From the NCBI RefSeq assembly GCF_000302595.1, contig NZ_JH947125.1, forward strand, positions 228,884-260,883: a stretch of DNA of 32,000 bases, given 5' to 3'. The translations under genes were made by a program, and so were the position numbers. A model generated the notes under the pieces. It searched no databases. It saw only the letters and a program-made list of their open reading frames with translations, and was not told the origin of the DNA. Origin of the DNA: Pedobacter arcticus A12. Its GTDB lineage: Bacteria > Bacteroidota > Bacteroidia > Sphingobacteriales > Sphingobacteriaceae. This document shows positions 8,280 through 17,886 of the stretch, one piece after another (position 1 is the first letter of the stretch; every line of letters begins with the position of its first letter).

Positions 8280-9887
8280 ATGCTAGTACTTCGTTACTTC
8301 TTTAGCCTCCTCTTTTTTTGTTTAATTGGATTACTGTATCCCGTAAAGGGGGCCGATTTGGCAACTGAACAGGATTCTGTTATCGAAAAAATTACTGAGT
8401 TGAATAAAATGGCCAAGCGCCTAAACCGGGATGCTACCAACCAGGCTATTGCATATGCTTATAAAAGCTATTTGCTTGCGTATGAGAATAAATTAAAACC
8501 ACAGCAGGCCTCAGCATTGGTGATTTTGGCAGAAGGTTACCTGTACAACGATATTTATGATTTGGCGCTTGAATATGGGTTTAATGCGCTAGAAATCTAC
8601 AAAAATGATGGAGAACCTGAGCAAATTGCTGAAACCTATACCTTATTGGGATGGACTTACTACGATGTGGAGAATGCCGAGCTCTCTTTAAAATACCATA
8701 CGCTTGCCTATAATTTATATAAGAAAGCAGAGAATGAGCAAAAGGCAGCCGTTTCCTTAAATGCGATTGGATTAATTTATCAACTAAAAAATCAATCAAA
8801 ACGGGCTACCGAGTATTTTAACCGTGTATTGGTATTGGCCAATAAATATAATAACAGAACGCTACTTAGTGCAGCCTATAATAATTTGGGCATAAGCAGT
8901 AACAACATGGGCCAATTTCGAAAAGCTATCGAGTATTTCCAGCTATCACTCAAATATTCGACTGGGCAACTATTGGCATTGGCAGAGATTCATAATCAAA
9001 TGGCTTTTTCTGAAGTTAAGCTAGGGCAATATCCTATGGCAAAAAAATCGTTAGATCAGGCACTTTCTTATATTGATAAATCAACTTCAAACTCAAAGAA
9101 AGAAAACTTATTGGATTACTACCGTATATTTTCTCAACTACATCAACTTACTGGAGATTATAAACAAGCTTATGAGTGCATTCAGAGGTATAATACGGTA
9201 AGGGAGGAACTATTATCCAAAAATAAGGTTAATGCTTTGCTCACCTTAACCATAAAGCGAGAAGCGCAGGAAAAAGAACGGCAAATTAAGGCACTGAACC
9301 TCGAAAAAAGTTTAAAATCGTACCAGCGTAACACCTTGGCCATTATTGTGGTGTTATTGATAATTATAGGTTTTTTACTCTATAATAAAATGCGCAACCG
9401 GCAAAGGAAAAACGCGGAACTTGCAGAAGTTAAAGAACATATGTTAAGTAATAAGCTGGAATTTAATCATGTGGAGCTCAAAAATTACTCCATGTATATG
9501 GCGCATAAAAATGAGTTGATTAATAGTTTTATTGAAGAGCTAACGGCACTTGAAAAATCTGGACCTGAGGATGCACTACAACGACTTCATAAACTGGTGG
9601 CTAAGTTTCGATATGATGTGAATAGTGAAAAATACATTGAGGATTTTAATTTGCAGATTGAGACAAAATACCAAGACTTCTTTTATAATCTTCAGCAAAA
9701 ATTTCCAACGCTTACTCAAAATGAGAGAAGATTATGCGCACAAATCAGACTAAATTTATCTATAAAAGAGATAGCATCTCTAAATAATATCTCTGTTAAG
9801 TCGGTTGAAATGGCCAGATATCGTTTAAGGAAACATTTTGAGCTATCCACCAATGACAGCTTAAGTGACTTCCTAAAGCCGTTCTAG
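8280..9887 (+). CDS. Membrane-anchored one-component regulator: periplasmic TPR sensor region, one TM helix, cytoplasmic LuxR-type HTH
   Basis: 535-aa ORF with signal-like N-terminus MLVLRYFFSLLFFCLIGLLYPVKG. Multiple TPR-like repeats span aa ~60-330 (recurrent A..Y..LG..Y....Y.KA..Y pattern). A coiled-coil stretch (REAQEKERQIKALNLEK) follows, then a TM helix NTLAIIVVLLIIIGFLLYN (aa ~351-369, nt ~9331-9387). The C-terminal HTH is ERRLCAQIRLNLSIKEIASLNNISVKSVEMARYRLRKHF. The gene ends 160 nt upstream of susC on the same strand. Confidence 0.75.
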   Translation: MLVLRYFFSLLFFCLIGLLYPVKGADLATEQDSVIEKITELNKMAKRLNRDATNQAIAYAYKSYLLAYENKLKPQQASALVILAEGYLYNDIYDLALEYGFNALEIYKNDGEPEQIAETYTLLGWTYYDVENAELSLKYHTLAYNLYKKAENEQKAAVSLNAIGLIYQLKNQSKRATEYFNRVLVLANKYNNRTLLSAAYNNLGISSNNMGQFRKAIEYFQLSLKYSTGQLLALAEIHNQMAFSEVKLGQYPMAKKSLDQALSYIDKSTSNSKKENLLDYYRIFSQLHQLTGDYKQAYECIQRYNTVREELLSKNKVNALLTLTIKREAQEKERQIKALNLEKSLKSYQRNTLAIIVVLLIIIGFLLYNKMRNRQRKNAELAEVKEHMLSNKLEFNHVELKNYSMYMAHKNELINSFIEELTALEKSGPEDALQRLHKLVAKFRYDVNSEKYIEDFNLQIETKYQDFFYNLQQKFPTLTQNERRLCAQIRLNLSIKEIASLNNISVKSVEMARYRLRKHFELSTNDSLSDFLKPF

Positions 9888-9903
9888 CGCCTTTTTTAAT
9901 GAC

Positions 9904-9986
9904 ATGTAGAGGTCGTGTAGGGGTAGTCTGTGTTCCGTGTAGGGGTAGTAATAATCGTTTTTTGGGTAGTTTAATCTTTAGGTTTG
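9904..9986 (+). promoter_or_regulatory. Candidate operator/promoter of the susC operon: helically phased direct repeats plus a Bacteroidota -7-like box
   Basis: The 14-mer CGTGTAGGGGTAGT occurs twice, at 9914-9927 and 9936-9949 (22 nt apart). A degenerate copy TGTAGAGGTCGT lies at 9905-9916 (11 nt upstream) and a partial copy GGGTAGT at 9964-9970 (21 nt downstream). TAGGTTTG at 9979-9986 matches the TAnnTTTG -7 consensus. The nearest upstream TTTG (9961-9964) is closer than the usual -33 spacing, so the promoter call is weak. Confidence 0.4.
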
Positions 9987-10047
9987 ACTAACCAATTAAC
10001 CCGGATAACCAAATCCGGAAATTAATAAACCTTATAAACCAAATATT

Positions 10048-13000
10048 ATGATTAGAAATTTACGATGGCCAGTTCATCTCCTTTTCGGCTTGCTCTTATT
10101 GTTTAACACGAGCACCAGTTTTTCTCAGGGAAGCCTTATTAAAGGACAAGTGATGAATGAAGTTGATCAGCCATTGAGTGGTATCAGTATCACCATTAAA
10201 GGAAGTGCCTTGGGTACGGCATCTGACGCTTCTGGGCGATTTGCAATTCAGGCATCTGCTAAGGATGTTCTTGTGTTTTCTGCAATAGGTTATAAAACAC
10301 AGCAAATGACCGCAACTCCCGGAAAGGATATGCAGATTAAATTATTGATGGACCTACAAGGCCTTGATGAAATTGTGGTGGTAGGTTACGGAACGCAAAA
10401 AAGAAGTAATTTAACAAGTGCCGTAAGTTCTGTTAGTGGCGAAAAGCTTTCACAAGTGGCGGCTACTAACCCTGTAAACGCATTACAAGGTAGGGTTGCT
10501 GGATTATCGGTAAGTAGCCCAGGAGGAAACCCAGGACAAACCTCCGACGTTCGTTTACGCGGAATAGGTACTTTTGGTGCGCACCAGCCATTATATGTAA
10601 TTGATGGAGTGCCAGGAGACCCGTATTACTTAAATAGTAATGATGTAGCATCTGTAGAAGTACTTAAAGACGGTGCTGCGGCATCAATTTACGGATCTAA
10701 CAGTGCTAACGGAGTTATTTTAATTACCACGAAAAAAGGAAAAAAAGGTGCTCCGCTGATTGATTTCTCAAGCACTTACAGCACTGTTGACCCTATTAAA
10801 CAGTACAAGTTTCTGGACGCAGAGGGCTACAAAAAATTACACAATCAGATGTATGTCAACAATCCAGATGTTGACCCAGCCAGTTACCCTGCTTATTTAA
10901 GTAAAAATACTGGTGTAAATACGGATTGGCAGGATCTGATCAACCGAAGTGGTGTTTCTCAGAACTACAATTTAGGTTTAAGTGGCGGAAGTGATTACCT
11001 AACTTATGCATTAAGTGGTGATTTAACTGATGATAAGGGAACTTTTATTGGTTCTAACTTTAACAAAAAATCTTTCAAATCAAGAAACGACTTTACAAAA
11101 GGAATTTTGAAAGTTGGAAGCAACATCATATATACCGAAACGGTAACTGAGAATGCTAAATTTAATTTACACGATGCTTATTTCCAATCTCCATTATTGC
11201 CCGTTTTTGACACTAACGAGAAGTATGGTTATGGTTTAACAGTAGATGGGCTTCCAAAATTTGAAAACCCAATAGGGGCAGATCATTATTTAGATGCTGA
11301 TAGCAGAACAAAGTACCTGGCCGGAAGCATGAATATCAATTTACAGTTATACAAGGGCTTAAGCTACACCAGCAACCTAAGTTATATCAATGCGCAAACA
11401 GAAGATTATTCGCATAATCCACCGTTTAGAGCAAATGCAAATGATCCTTTAATCGCTTATCCAAAGGTCTACAACCGTTCTTCAAATTATAAAGAACGCG
11501 TAATGGAGCATTTACTAAACTACGAGTTAGCTATAAACAAGCACAACTTTAAATTATTGGCCGGTTATACCGCACAAGAAAAAACCAACAGATATTTAAG
11601 CGCTACTGTTGACGGAAAAACAATTGTTAGAACCATTGTAAACGGCAAAATTGTAGAAACCGAAATCCCAGGTGGTTTTAGCAACCCAGACTTTAATACA
11701 ATTACAGCTGGATTAGGTGGAACTTTTGCAGCAGAAGGCAGCAATAATAAATATGTCCGTTTATCAACCCTGGCCAGATTTAATTATTCTTATGATGACA
11801 AATACCTGTTCCAAGTTTCTGTACGTAGAGATGGTTCGTCTGTTTTTGGGGAAAATAGAAGATATGGCGTTTTCCCTTCTGTATCGGCAGGTTGGAACAT
11901 TAATAAAGAGGAGTTTTTAACTGATGTAAAATGGTTAAACAACCTAAAATTAAGAGCAAGTTATGGCGAGCTGGGTAATGAAGGTGCATTAGGTTTTTAT
12001 GACCACCAGGCTTTAATTACAACAGTAAACAAATGGTCTGGAGGTTATGTACAAGGGTCGGGCGCTACGCCGTGGCCAGGATCTGCCAGTTATTCTCTGT
12101 TGAACAGAGATTTACGTTGGGAAACCATCAAATCTAAAAATTTAGGTCTTGATTTCGGATTATTTGGTAAAGTAACCGGATCCTTAAATATTTATGAAAA
12201 CGTAACCGATGGCTTGTTGATTACCAAAGAAGTTCCACCGTCTTCAGGATTAAATAATCCCATTTTAAATGTTGGAAAAATAGCTAACAAAGGAGTGGAG
12301 TTAGAGGGGAATTATAAATTAACTGCAGGGGCATGGAATATCGATTTAGGAGGTTCATTTAGTTTGTTGAAAAACGAAGTACTCTCATTAGCCAACGCAG
12401 ATCAAGTGCTTTATGGTTCGGGCTTAAGATTTGGAACAGACCATACGCCAACACAAACCAAGGTGGGTAAAGAAATTGGCGCATTCTACCTGTATGAAAC
12501 GGCTGGAATCTTTCAATCAGATGCAGAGGCTGCTAACTATAAAAATGCAGACGGTGATCGTTTACAACCAAACGCAAAAGCAGGAGATATCCGTTTTAGA
12601 GATGTAACCGGCGACGGAATTATTGATGAAGAAGATAAAAGTTATCAAGGTTCTGGTTTTGCAAAGTTTGAGTATGGCTTAAATATGGCAGCTAATTTCA
12701 AAAATTTTGATGTATCACTTTTCTGGCAAGGAATAGGCGGGAACAAAATTTATAACGGTAACCGTTTTGAATTAGAAGGCATGGAAGCGGGAAGAAATTT
12801 TTTAGCAACCACCTTAAACGCATGGACACCGCAAAACACAAATACGGATATGCCAAGAGCGGTATTGGGAGACGAAAACGGGAATGCCCGCGAGTCGACC
12901 AGGTTTCTTGAAAACGGTGCCTACTTAAGACTTAAAGTAATACAGTTAGGCTACACCTTCCCAGAAAGTGTGTTGAAAAACGTTAAGGTTTCTCGTTTAA

Positions 13001-13155
13001 GGGTTTACCTAAGCGGACAAAACTTGTTAACCTTAACCAAATACACAGGGTTAGACCCAGAGGTTGGCAATTTTAATGCCCTTGACACTGGTATAGATAG
13101 AATGCTGTACCCACAAAACAAACGTTTTATGGCTGGTCTTCAATTAACCTTTTAA
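10048..13155 (+). CDS. susC: SusC-family TonB-dependent outer-membrane transporter
   Basis: 1035-aa ORF with a signal peptide. It has a carboxypeptidase-regulatory-like N-domain (IKGQVMNEVDQPLSGISITIKGS), a TonB-box/plug (DEIVVVGYGTQKRSNLTSAVSSV) and a barrel ending in GLQLTF. There is no STN signalling domain, so it is not an anti-sigma-coupled transducer type. Confidence 0.95.
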   Translation: MIRNLRWPVHLLFGLLLLFNTSTSFSQGSLIKGQVMNEVDQPLSGISITIKGSALGTASDASGRFAIQASAKDVLVFSAIGYKTQQMTATPGKDMQIKLLMDLQGLDEIVVVGYGTQKRSNLTSAVSSVSGEKLSQVAATNPVNALQGRVAGLSVSSPGGNPGQTSDVRLRGIGTFGAHQPLYVIDGVPGDPYYLNSNDVASVEVLKDGAAASIYGSNSANGVILITTKKGKKGAPLIDFSSTYSTVDPIKQYKFLDAEGYKKLHNQMYVNNPDVDPASYPAYLSKNTGVNTDWQDLINRSGVSQNYNLGLSGGSDYLTYALSGDLTDDKGTFIGSNFNKKSFKSRNDFTKGILKVGSNIIYTETVTENAKFNLHDAYFQSPLLPVFDTNEKYGYGLTVDGLPKFENPIGADHYLDADSRTKYLAGSMNINLQLYKGLSYTSNLSYINAQTEDYSHNPPFRANANDPLIAYPKVYNRSSNYKERVMEHLLNYELAINKHNFKLLAGYTAQEKTNRYLSATVDGKTIVRTIVNGKIVETEIPGGFSNPDFNTITAGLGGTFAAEGSNNKYVRLSTLARFNYSYDDKYLFQVSVRRDGSSVFGENRRYGVFPSVSAGWNINKEEFLTDVKWLNNLKLRASYGELGNEGALGFYDHQALITTVNKWSGGYVQGSGATPWPGSASYSLLNRDLRWETIKSKNLGLDFGLFGKVTGSLNIYENVTDGLLITKEVPPSSGLNNPILNVGKIANKGVELEGNYKLTAGAWNIDLGGSFSLLKNEVLSLANADQVLYGSGLRFGTDHTPTQTKVGKEIGAFYLYETAGIFQSDAEAANYKNADGDRLQPNAKAGDIRFRDVTGDGIIDEEDKSYQGSGFAKFEYGLNMAANFKNFDVSLFWQGIGGNKIYNGNRFELEGMEAGRNFLATTLNAWTPQNTNTDMPRAVLGDENGNARESTRFLENGAYLRLKVIQLGYTFPESVLKNVKVSRLRVYLSGQNLLTLTKYTGLDPEVGNFNALDTGIDRMLYPQNKRFMAGLQLTF

Positions 13156-13175
13156 ACGTATTTAATTATTCTAAA

Positions 13176-14693
13176 ATGAAAGCTAAACAACTATACATAG
13201 GGATATTCCTGTTGCTGATGGCGGCAGGTTGTAAAAAAAGTGAGCTCGATCAACAGGCAACAGATCAGCTAACTGTAGATAATTATTGGACAAATAAAGA
13301 TAGGGCACTTTCTGGATTGGCCGCTGCTTATTCACAACTGGAAGGTTTTGTAGGCTGGGACAATTATGTGGAAGCAAGATCTGTACGCGAATTTTACCGC
13401 GAGGATTATGTGCTTCCAGGAGCAGATGCCTTTAACTATCCTTGGTGGACAGAGCATTATAATTTTGATTTTACGTCCGGAAATTATGCCATAGATTTAC
13501 TATGGAGAGAAAACTACCGCGGTATAAATTTTTCAAACCAAGTGATTGAAAATGTAGGTAACATGTCTGCGGAAGCAATCGAAGACGGTGCTAAAAAGCA
13601 AATTATTGCAGAAGCTAAGTTTTTGAGAGCATATTACCATTTTAAATTATTGAACAATTTTAACCAGGTAATTATCCGCGATAAAGTGCCAACATCAGAA
13701 GCTGATTTGTCTAAAGGTTTTTCAACAAGAGCAGAGGTTTATGAGTTTATTATTAACGATTTAAAAGAAGCAGAGCTTAACCTCCCACTTAGAAAAAACA
13801 GACCCGCCACAGAATTAGGTCGTATTACCAAAGGTGCTGCAGAAGCTTATTTGGGCAAGGTGTACTTGTACAGGGCTGGGGATGACAAAGCAAGTGCTGC
13901 CAGCTATTACACAGAAGCCAAGAAATGGTTACAACTGGTGGTTGATTCTAAAGAATATGACCTTGATCCCGATTTTGGCAATATGTTTAACGGCGTTACA
14001 AAAAACAGTATAGAGTCTGTATTTGAATTGCAACAAACTGCTGATGCAAGCAGTGGAGCGGTTTACCGTTCGTACCTGAGTGATTGGGTAGCAGCTTCTG
14101 AACTTGGTGGCTATGGAGAAATCTACGGAACACCACGTTTGCTAACTGAGCTATTAAAAGAGGGGAAAATTGTAGGCGGTAATTATGACCCAAGAGTGTA
14201 TGCGAGTATCTATTTTAACGATAGTTACTTCAACAATAATGCAGATCCAAAAGTTTATGGAAACACCTATAATGATGTTTTTGGTGCAGGTAAACAAACC
14301 ATTGCCTTCCGCAAGTGGATACCAGCAACACCAGACCGTATCGGAATGTCTAACGCCATCAATTTTCCGTTGATGCGTTATGCTGATGTGTTGTTGATGT
14401 ACGCAGAAGTACTTAACGAGCAGGGGAGTACCGATGCTTTAAAATACATTACAGAAGTTCGCCATAGGGCTAATCTTCCTGCTGCAGTTGCCGGAAATAG
14501 ACAGTTTGTTTTTGATCAAATCGTTCATGAAAGGGTGATGGAGTTCACCCTGGAGGGTAACCGTTTCTATGATCTTAGACGTTGGGGCATGCTAACCACC
14601 GCTATGCAGGCTGCCGGAAGAAACTTTACAGCCGACAAGGCTTTTTATCCTACACCATCAAAAGAGGTAATCAATAATCCTCAGGCAAAATAA
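13176..14693 (+). CDS. susD: SusD/RagB-family outer-membrane glycan-binding lipoprotein
   Basis: 505-aa ORF starting 20 nt after susC. It has a lipoprotein signal LLLMAAGC (Cys19) and SusD-family C-terminal hallmarks (LMYAEVLNEQG, RVMEFTLEGNRFYDLRRWG). Confidence 0.9.
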   Translation: MKAKQLYIGIFLLLMAAGCKKSELDQQATDQLTVDNYWTNKDRALSGLAAAYSQLEGFVGWDNYVEARSVREFYREDYVLPGADAFNYPWWTEHYNFDFTSGNYAIDLLWRENYRGINFSNQVIENVGNMSAEAIEDGAKKQIIAEAKFLRAYYHFKLLNNFNQVIIRDKVPTSEADLSKGFSTRAEVYEFIINDLKEAELNLPLRKNRPATELGRITKGAAEAYLGKVYLYRAGDDKASAASYYTEAKKWLQLVVDSKEYDLDPDFGNMFNGVTKNSIESVFELQQTADASSGAVYRSYLSDWVAASELGGYGEIYGTPRLLTELLKEGKIVGGNYDPRVYASIYFNDSYFNNNADPKVYGNTYNDVFGAGKQTIAFRKWIPATPDRIGMSNAINFPLMRYADVLLMYAEVLNEQGSTDALKYITEVRHRANLPAAVAGNRQFVFDQIVHERVMEFTLEGNRFYDLRRWGMLTTAMQAAGRNFTADKAFYPTPSKEVINNPQAK

Positions 14694-14721
14694 TACAACT
14701 CAATCATTGAATATCATTATG

Positions 14722-14743
14722 AAAGGGAGCTTATGCTCCCTTT
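14722..14743 (+). terminator. Intra-operon hairpin (partial terminator / transcript-stabilising stem-loop) between susD and the GH2 gene
   Basis: AAAGGGAGC (14722-14730), loop TTAT, GCTCCCTTT (14735-14743), followed by TCTTT. It lies 29 nt after the susD stop. The ATG at 14733 used by the ORF track sits inside the loop. Confidence 0.5.
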
Positions 14744-14759
14744 TCTTTACCATATGCTT

Positions 14760-17700
14760 ATGAATTTTTATAAAAAGCTAAGATCCGTTTTTTTTAGTAC
14801 TTTAGTTTTGGTGCCTGTATTGGTGTCTGCACAAAAAAATGATTGGGAAAATCCAGAGAAGCCTTCATTTAATACTGTTCCGGCACATGCCCATTTTGTT
14901 CCAAAAGAAGCACCTAACCTTTCATTAGATGGAATGTGGAGGTTCAGAATTGTTCAGAATCCATCATTGCGCTCTACTGATTTTTTTAAGAACATCGAAC
15001 AAACCAAAAATTGGAAACAGATAAAGGTGCCTGCCAATTGGCAAACAGAAGGTTTTGATAAATACATATTTACCGATGTAGAGTATCCAATTCCACCAAA
15101 TCCACCGCTGGTGCCTAAAGACTATAATCCTGTGGGAGAGTATCAAAAAGACTTTGTTCTCGGTCCATCCTGGAAAGGGAAACAGGTGTTTCTTCACTTG
15201 GGCGCTGTAAATTCTTTTTTTTACCTGTGGGTAAATGGGGAGTACATGGGCTTTAGTAAAGACAGCAAAACCCCAACAGAGTTTGATCTTACAAAAATTC
15301 TAAAACCCGGTAAAAACACAGTTTCTCTTCAAGTTTTCCGTTTTAGCGATGCAACTTACCTAGAAGGACAGGACATGTGGAAGCTTAGCGGTATCGAACG
15401 AAGTGTTTATTTGATTGCCCGTCCGCTTGCTCATATTGCTGATTTTAATGTAAAAGCTACGCTTGATGGAACTTACAAAGATGGTTTGATGGATTTGAAA
15501 ACTACGTTCAGTCAGTTACCATCAAAAACTGATGCGCAGTTTTTAAAAGTGCAGTTGAGTGATAAGAGCGGAAAGGTGTGGTATGAGTCGAAACAACAAG
15601 TTAAGAATCTGAAAGAAATCAAATTTTCAACCCGGATTGCCAATGTAAAAACTTGGAATGCAGAACATCCAAACCTGTATCAGCTAAAGCTAAGCCACCT
15701 TGACTCAAAAGGTAAAACGATTGAAACTATAGAACATTCAATAGGATTTAGAACTGCAGAGGTTAAAGGAGGTTTGTTTTTGATAAATGGTGCGCCTATC
15801 AAAATTAAAGGTGTAAACCGTCATGAGCATAACATGCATACCGCCCGAATAATTACCGAGGCTGATATGATACAGGACATCAGATTAATGAAGGAGCTGA
15901 ATGTGAATGCGGTAAGAACAAGTCATTATCCTAATTCTGAGCGTTGGTATAGCTTGTGTGATGAGTATGGCTTATACGTTATTGACGAAGCCAATATTGA
16001 ATGCGATGGCATGAGTTTTACACCTCAGCATACTTTATCTGATAATCCCTTATGGAAAGCGGCGTACTTAGATAGGGTACAGCGAATGTGGGAACGGGAT
16101 AAAAACTTTACAAGTATTATCACTTGGTCTACCGGGAATGAAAGCGGTTTCGGGGAGAATTTGAAAGCTGCTTACAGGTGGTTAAAAGCTCATGATGATA
16201 CCAGGCCCGTACAATATGAAGCTGCGAAGGAAGAAGAGTATTCTGATATTTACTGCCCAATGTATAAACCCATTAGCGAGATGGAAAAATATGTGGAAGA
16301 ATGGCGAAGCCGCCCATATATTCAATGCGAATATGCGCATATGATGGGAAACAGTGGCGGTAACCTTAAAGACGATTGGGACTTAATATATAAACACCCA
16401 CAATTGCAAGGTGGTTTTATCTGGGATTTCTCTGACCAAACTTTTGCAATCAAAGATAAACAGGGAAATAATATTTGGGGCTACGGACGCGATATGGGCA
16501 ACGTAGGTTTAACAAGCGACACCAGTTTTTGTGCAGATGGATTATTGTCTGCTGGTCGTACTTTTCATCCACAGGCTTATGAGCTACAAAGGGTTTATCA
16601 GAACGTTGGTTTTGAGTTAACAAAGGCCAGTATCTTGAAGGTAACCAATCGTTTCGATTTCACTAACTTGGATCAGTATCAATTCAGCTGGTTTATTAAA
16701 GGAGATGGTAAGCTAGTTGCCGAAGGTAAATTAGGTGATTTAAACATTTCGCCGGCCCAATCTAAAGAAATTGAACTCAATATCCCATCGTTTAACAAGC
16801 AGGCCGGTACGGAGTATTTCTTAACTGTTCAATTGAAAACTAAATCTGCAACAGAATTGATTCCGGCTGGTTTTACAGTTGCAACAGCGCAATTTGCGCT
16901 TCCGGTTATAAAAATGGTTTCAAAAGTGGATAACACTACTTACCCAACGCTCCAAAAAACTACGGATGACGGCGAGATTAAAGTTTATAACAATTTATTT
17001 TCAGTTTCATTTGATAAACAAACTGGTTGGTTAAGATCTTATGCCATCGGAAATGTGCCGGTAATTAAAGAAGCGCTGAAGCCCCATTTTTGGAGAGCAG
17101 CTACGGATAATGATATCGGTAACAGCATGCAGATTCGATGTAAAGTTTGGCAAAATGTTGCGGCTAACGCAAAGCTAGACGATGTTTCTATAACTAACGC
17201 TGGCGTTAATCAATTTATCGTAAAAACCACCCACAGCTTGCCCACTGTTGATGCAAAATACATCACTGAGTATAAAATTAGTGGTAATGGAGATGTACAG
17301 GTAAAAGCAACAATGATAGCTGGCGAAAAACTGGTTCCAGAGTTACCGCGTTTTGGTATGCAGGTAATTCTAAACAAAGAATTTGACAAGGTAAGCTGGC
17401 TAGGCCGTGGTCCCTTTGATAATTATTGGGACAGAAAATTTGCCGCAGATGTTGATTTATATACGATGCCTGCGGATTCCTTGTTTTTTCCTTATGCCAG
17501 AGCACAAGAAAGTGGCTACAGAACAGATATCCGTTGGATGGCTTTGCAAAACAAAAATGGCATTGGTTTAATGGCTATTGGCGAACCTCAAATAAGTGCC
17601 GGCGTGTTACATTTTAACATGAACCGCTTAGACTTTAACCATTATGCGGCCGAGAATAATCACGGAGGCTCTATGACTAATGAAGATTTAATCTCTTGGA

Positions 17701-17852
17701 ATATTGATGATAAGCAGATGGGTGTAGGGGGTGATAATAGTTGGGGAGCTAAAACACATAAGCAGTACACCTTACCTTATCAGAATTATAGCTACAGTTT
17801 CACTTTACGCATGGTAAATGCGTTAGAACTTAGCAAGCAATCAAAAAAATAA
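14760..17852 (+). CDS. Periplasmic GH2 beta-galactosidase (LacZ-type)
   Basis: The ORF track gives 14733..17852. I prefer ATG 14760 (MNFYKKLRSVFFSTLVLVPVLVSAQK, a clean signal peptide) because 14733 lies within the upstream hairpin; 14754 is also possible. The acid/base motif is WSTGNESG and the nucleophile motif is IQCEYAHMMGNSGG. A C-terminal LacZ small-chain-like domain is present (FWRAATDNDIG, AQESGYRTDIRW). Confidence 0.92.
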   Translation: MNFYKKLRSVFFSTLVLVPVLVSAQKNDWENPEKPSFNTVPAHAHFVPKEAPNLSLDGMWRFRIVQNPSLRSTDFFKNIEQTKNWKQIKVPANWQTEGFDKYIFTDVEYPIPPNPPLVPKDYNPVGEYQKDFVLGPSWKGKQVFLHLGAVNSFFYLWVNGEYMGFSKDSKTPTEFDLTKILKPGKNTVSLQVFRFSDATYLEGQDMWKLSGIERSVYLIARPLAHIADFNVKATLDGTYKDGLMDLKTTFSQLPSKTDAQFLKVQLSDKSGKVWYESKQQVKNLKEIKFSTRIANVKTWNAEHPNLYQLKLSHLDSKGKTIETIEHSIGFRTAEVKGGLFLINGAPIKIKGVNRHEHNMHTARIITEADMIQDIRLMKELNVNAVRTSHYPNSERWYSLCDEYGLYVIDEANIECDGMSFTPQHTLSDNPLWKAAYLDRVQRMWERDKNFTSIITWSTGNESGFGENLKAAYRWLKAHDDTRPVQYEAAKEEEYSDIYCPMYKPISEMEKYVEEWRSRPYIQCEYAHMMGNSGGNLKDDWDLIYKHPQLQGGFIWDFSDQTFAIKDKQGNNIWGYGRDMGNVGLTSDTSFCADGLLSAGRTFHPQAYELQRVYQNVGFELTKASILKVTNRFDFTNLDQYQFSWFIKGDGKLVAEGKLGDLNISPAQSKEIELNIPSFNKQAGTEYFLTVQLKTKSATELIPAGFTVATAQFALPVIKMVSKVDNTTYPTLQKTTDDGEIKVYNNLFSVSFDKQTGWLRSYAIGNVPVIKEALKPHFWRAATDNDIGNSMQIRCKVWQNVAANAKLDDVSITNAGVNQFIVKTTHSLPTVDAKYITEYKISGNGDVQVKATMIAGEKLVPELPRFGMQVILNKEFDKVSWLGRGPFDNYWDRKFAADVDLYTMPADSLFFPYARAQESGYRTDIRWMALQNKNGIGLMAIGEPQISAGVLHFNMNRLDFNHYAAENNHGGSMTNEDLISWNIDDKQMGVGGDNSWGAKTHKQYTLPYQNYSYSFTLRMVNALELSKQSKK

Positions 17853-17886
17853 TTATGCTTTTAAAAATGGGTTTTAATTTAGAAAG

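Noticed and set aside
9904-9970. Whether the repeated CGTGTAGGGGTAGT units could be a degenerate CRISPR array or other repeat array.
   Set aside because: There are only two exact 14-nt copies with 8-nt spacing. That is far too short and too few for CRISPR repeats and spacers, and there are no cas genes. The position just upstream of a promoter-like box favours an operator.
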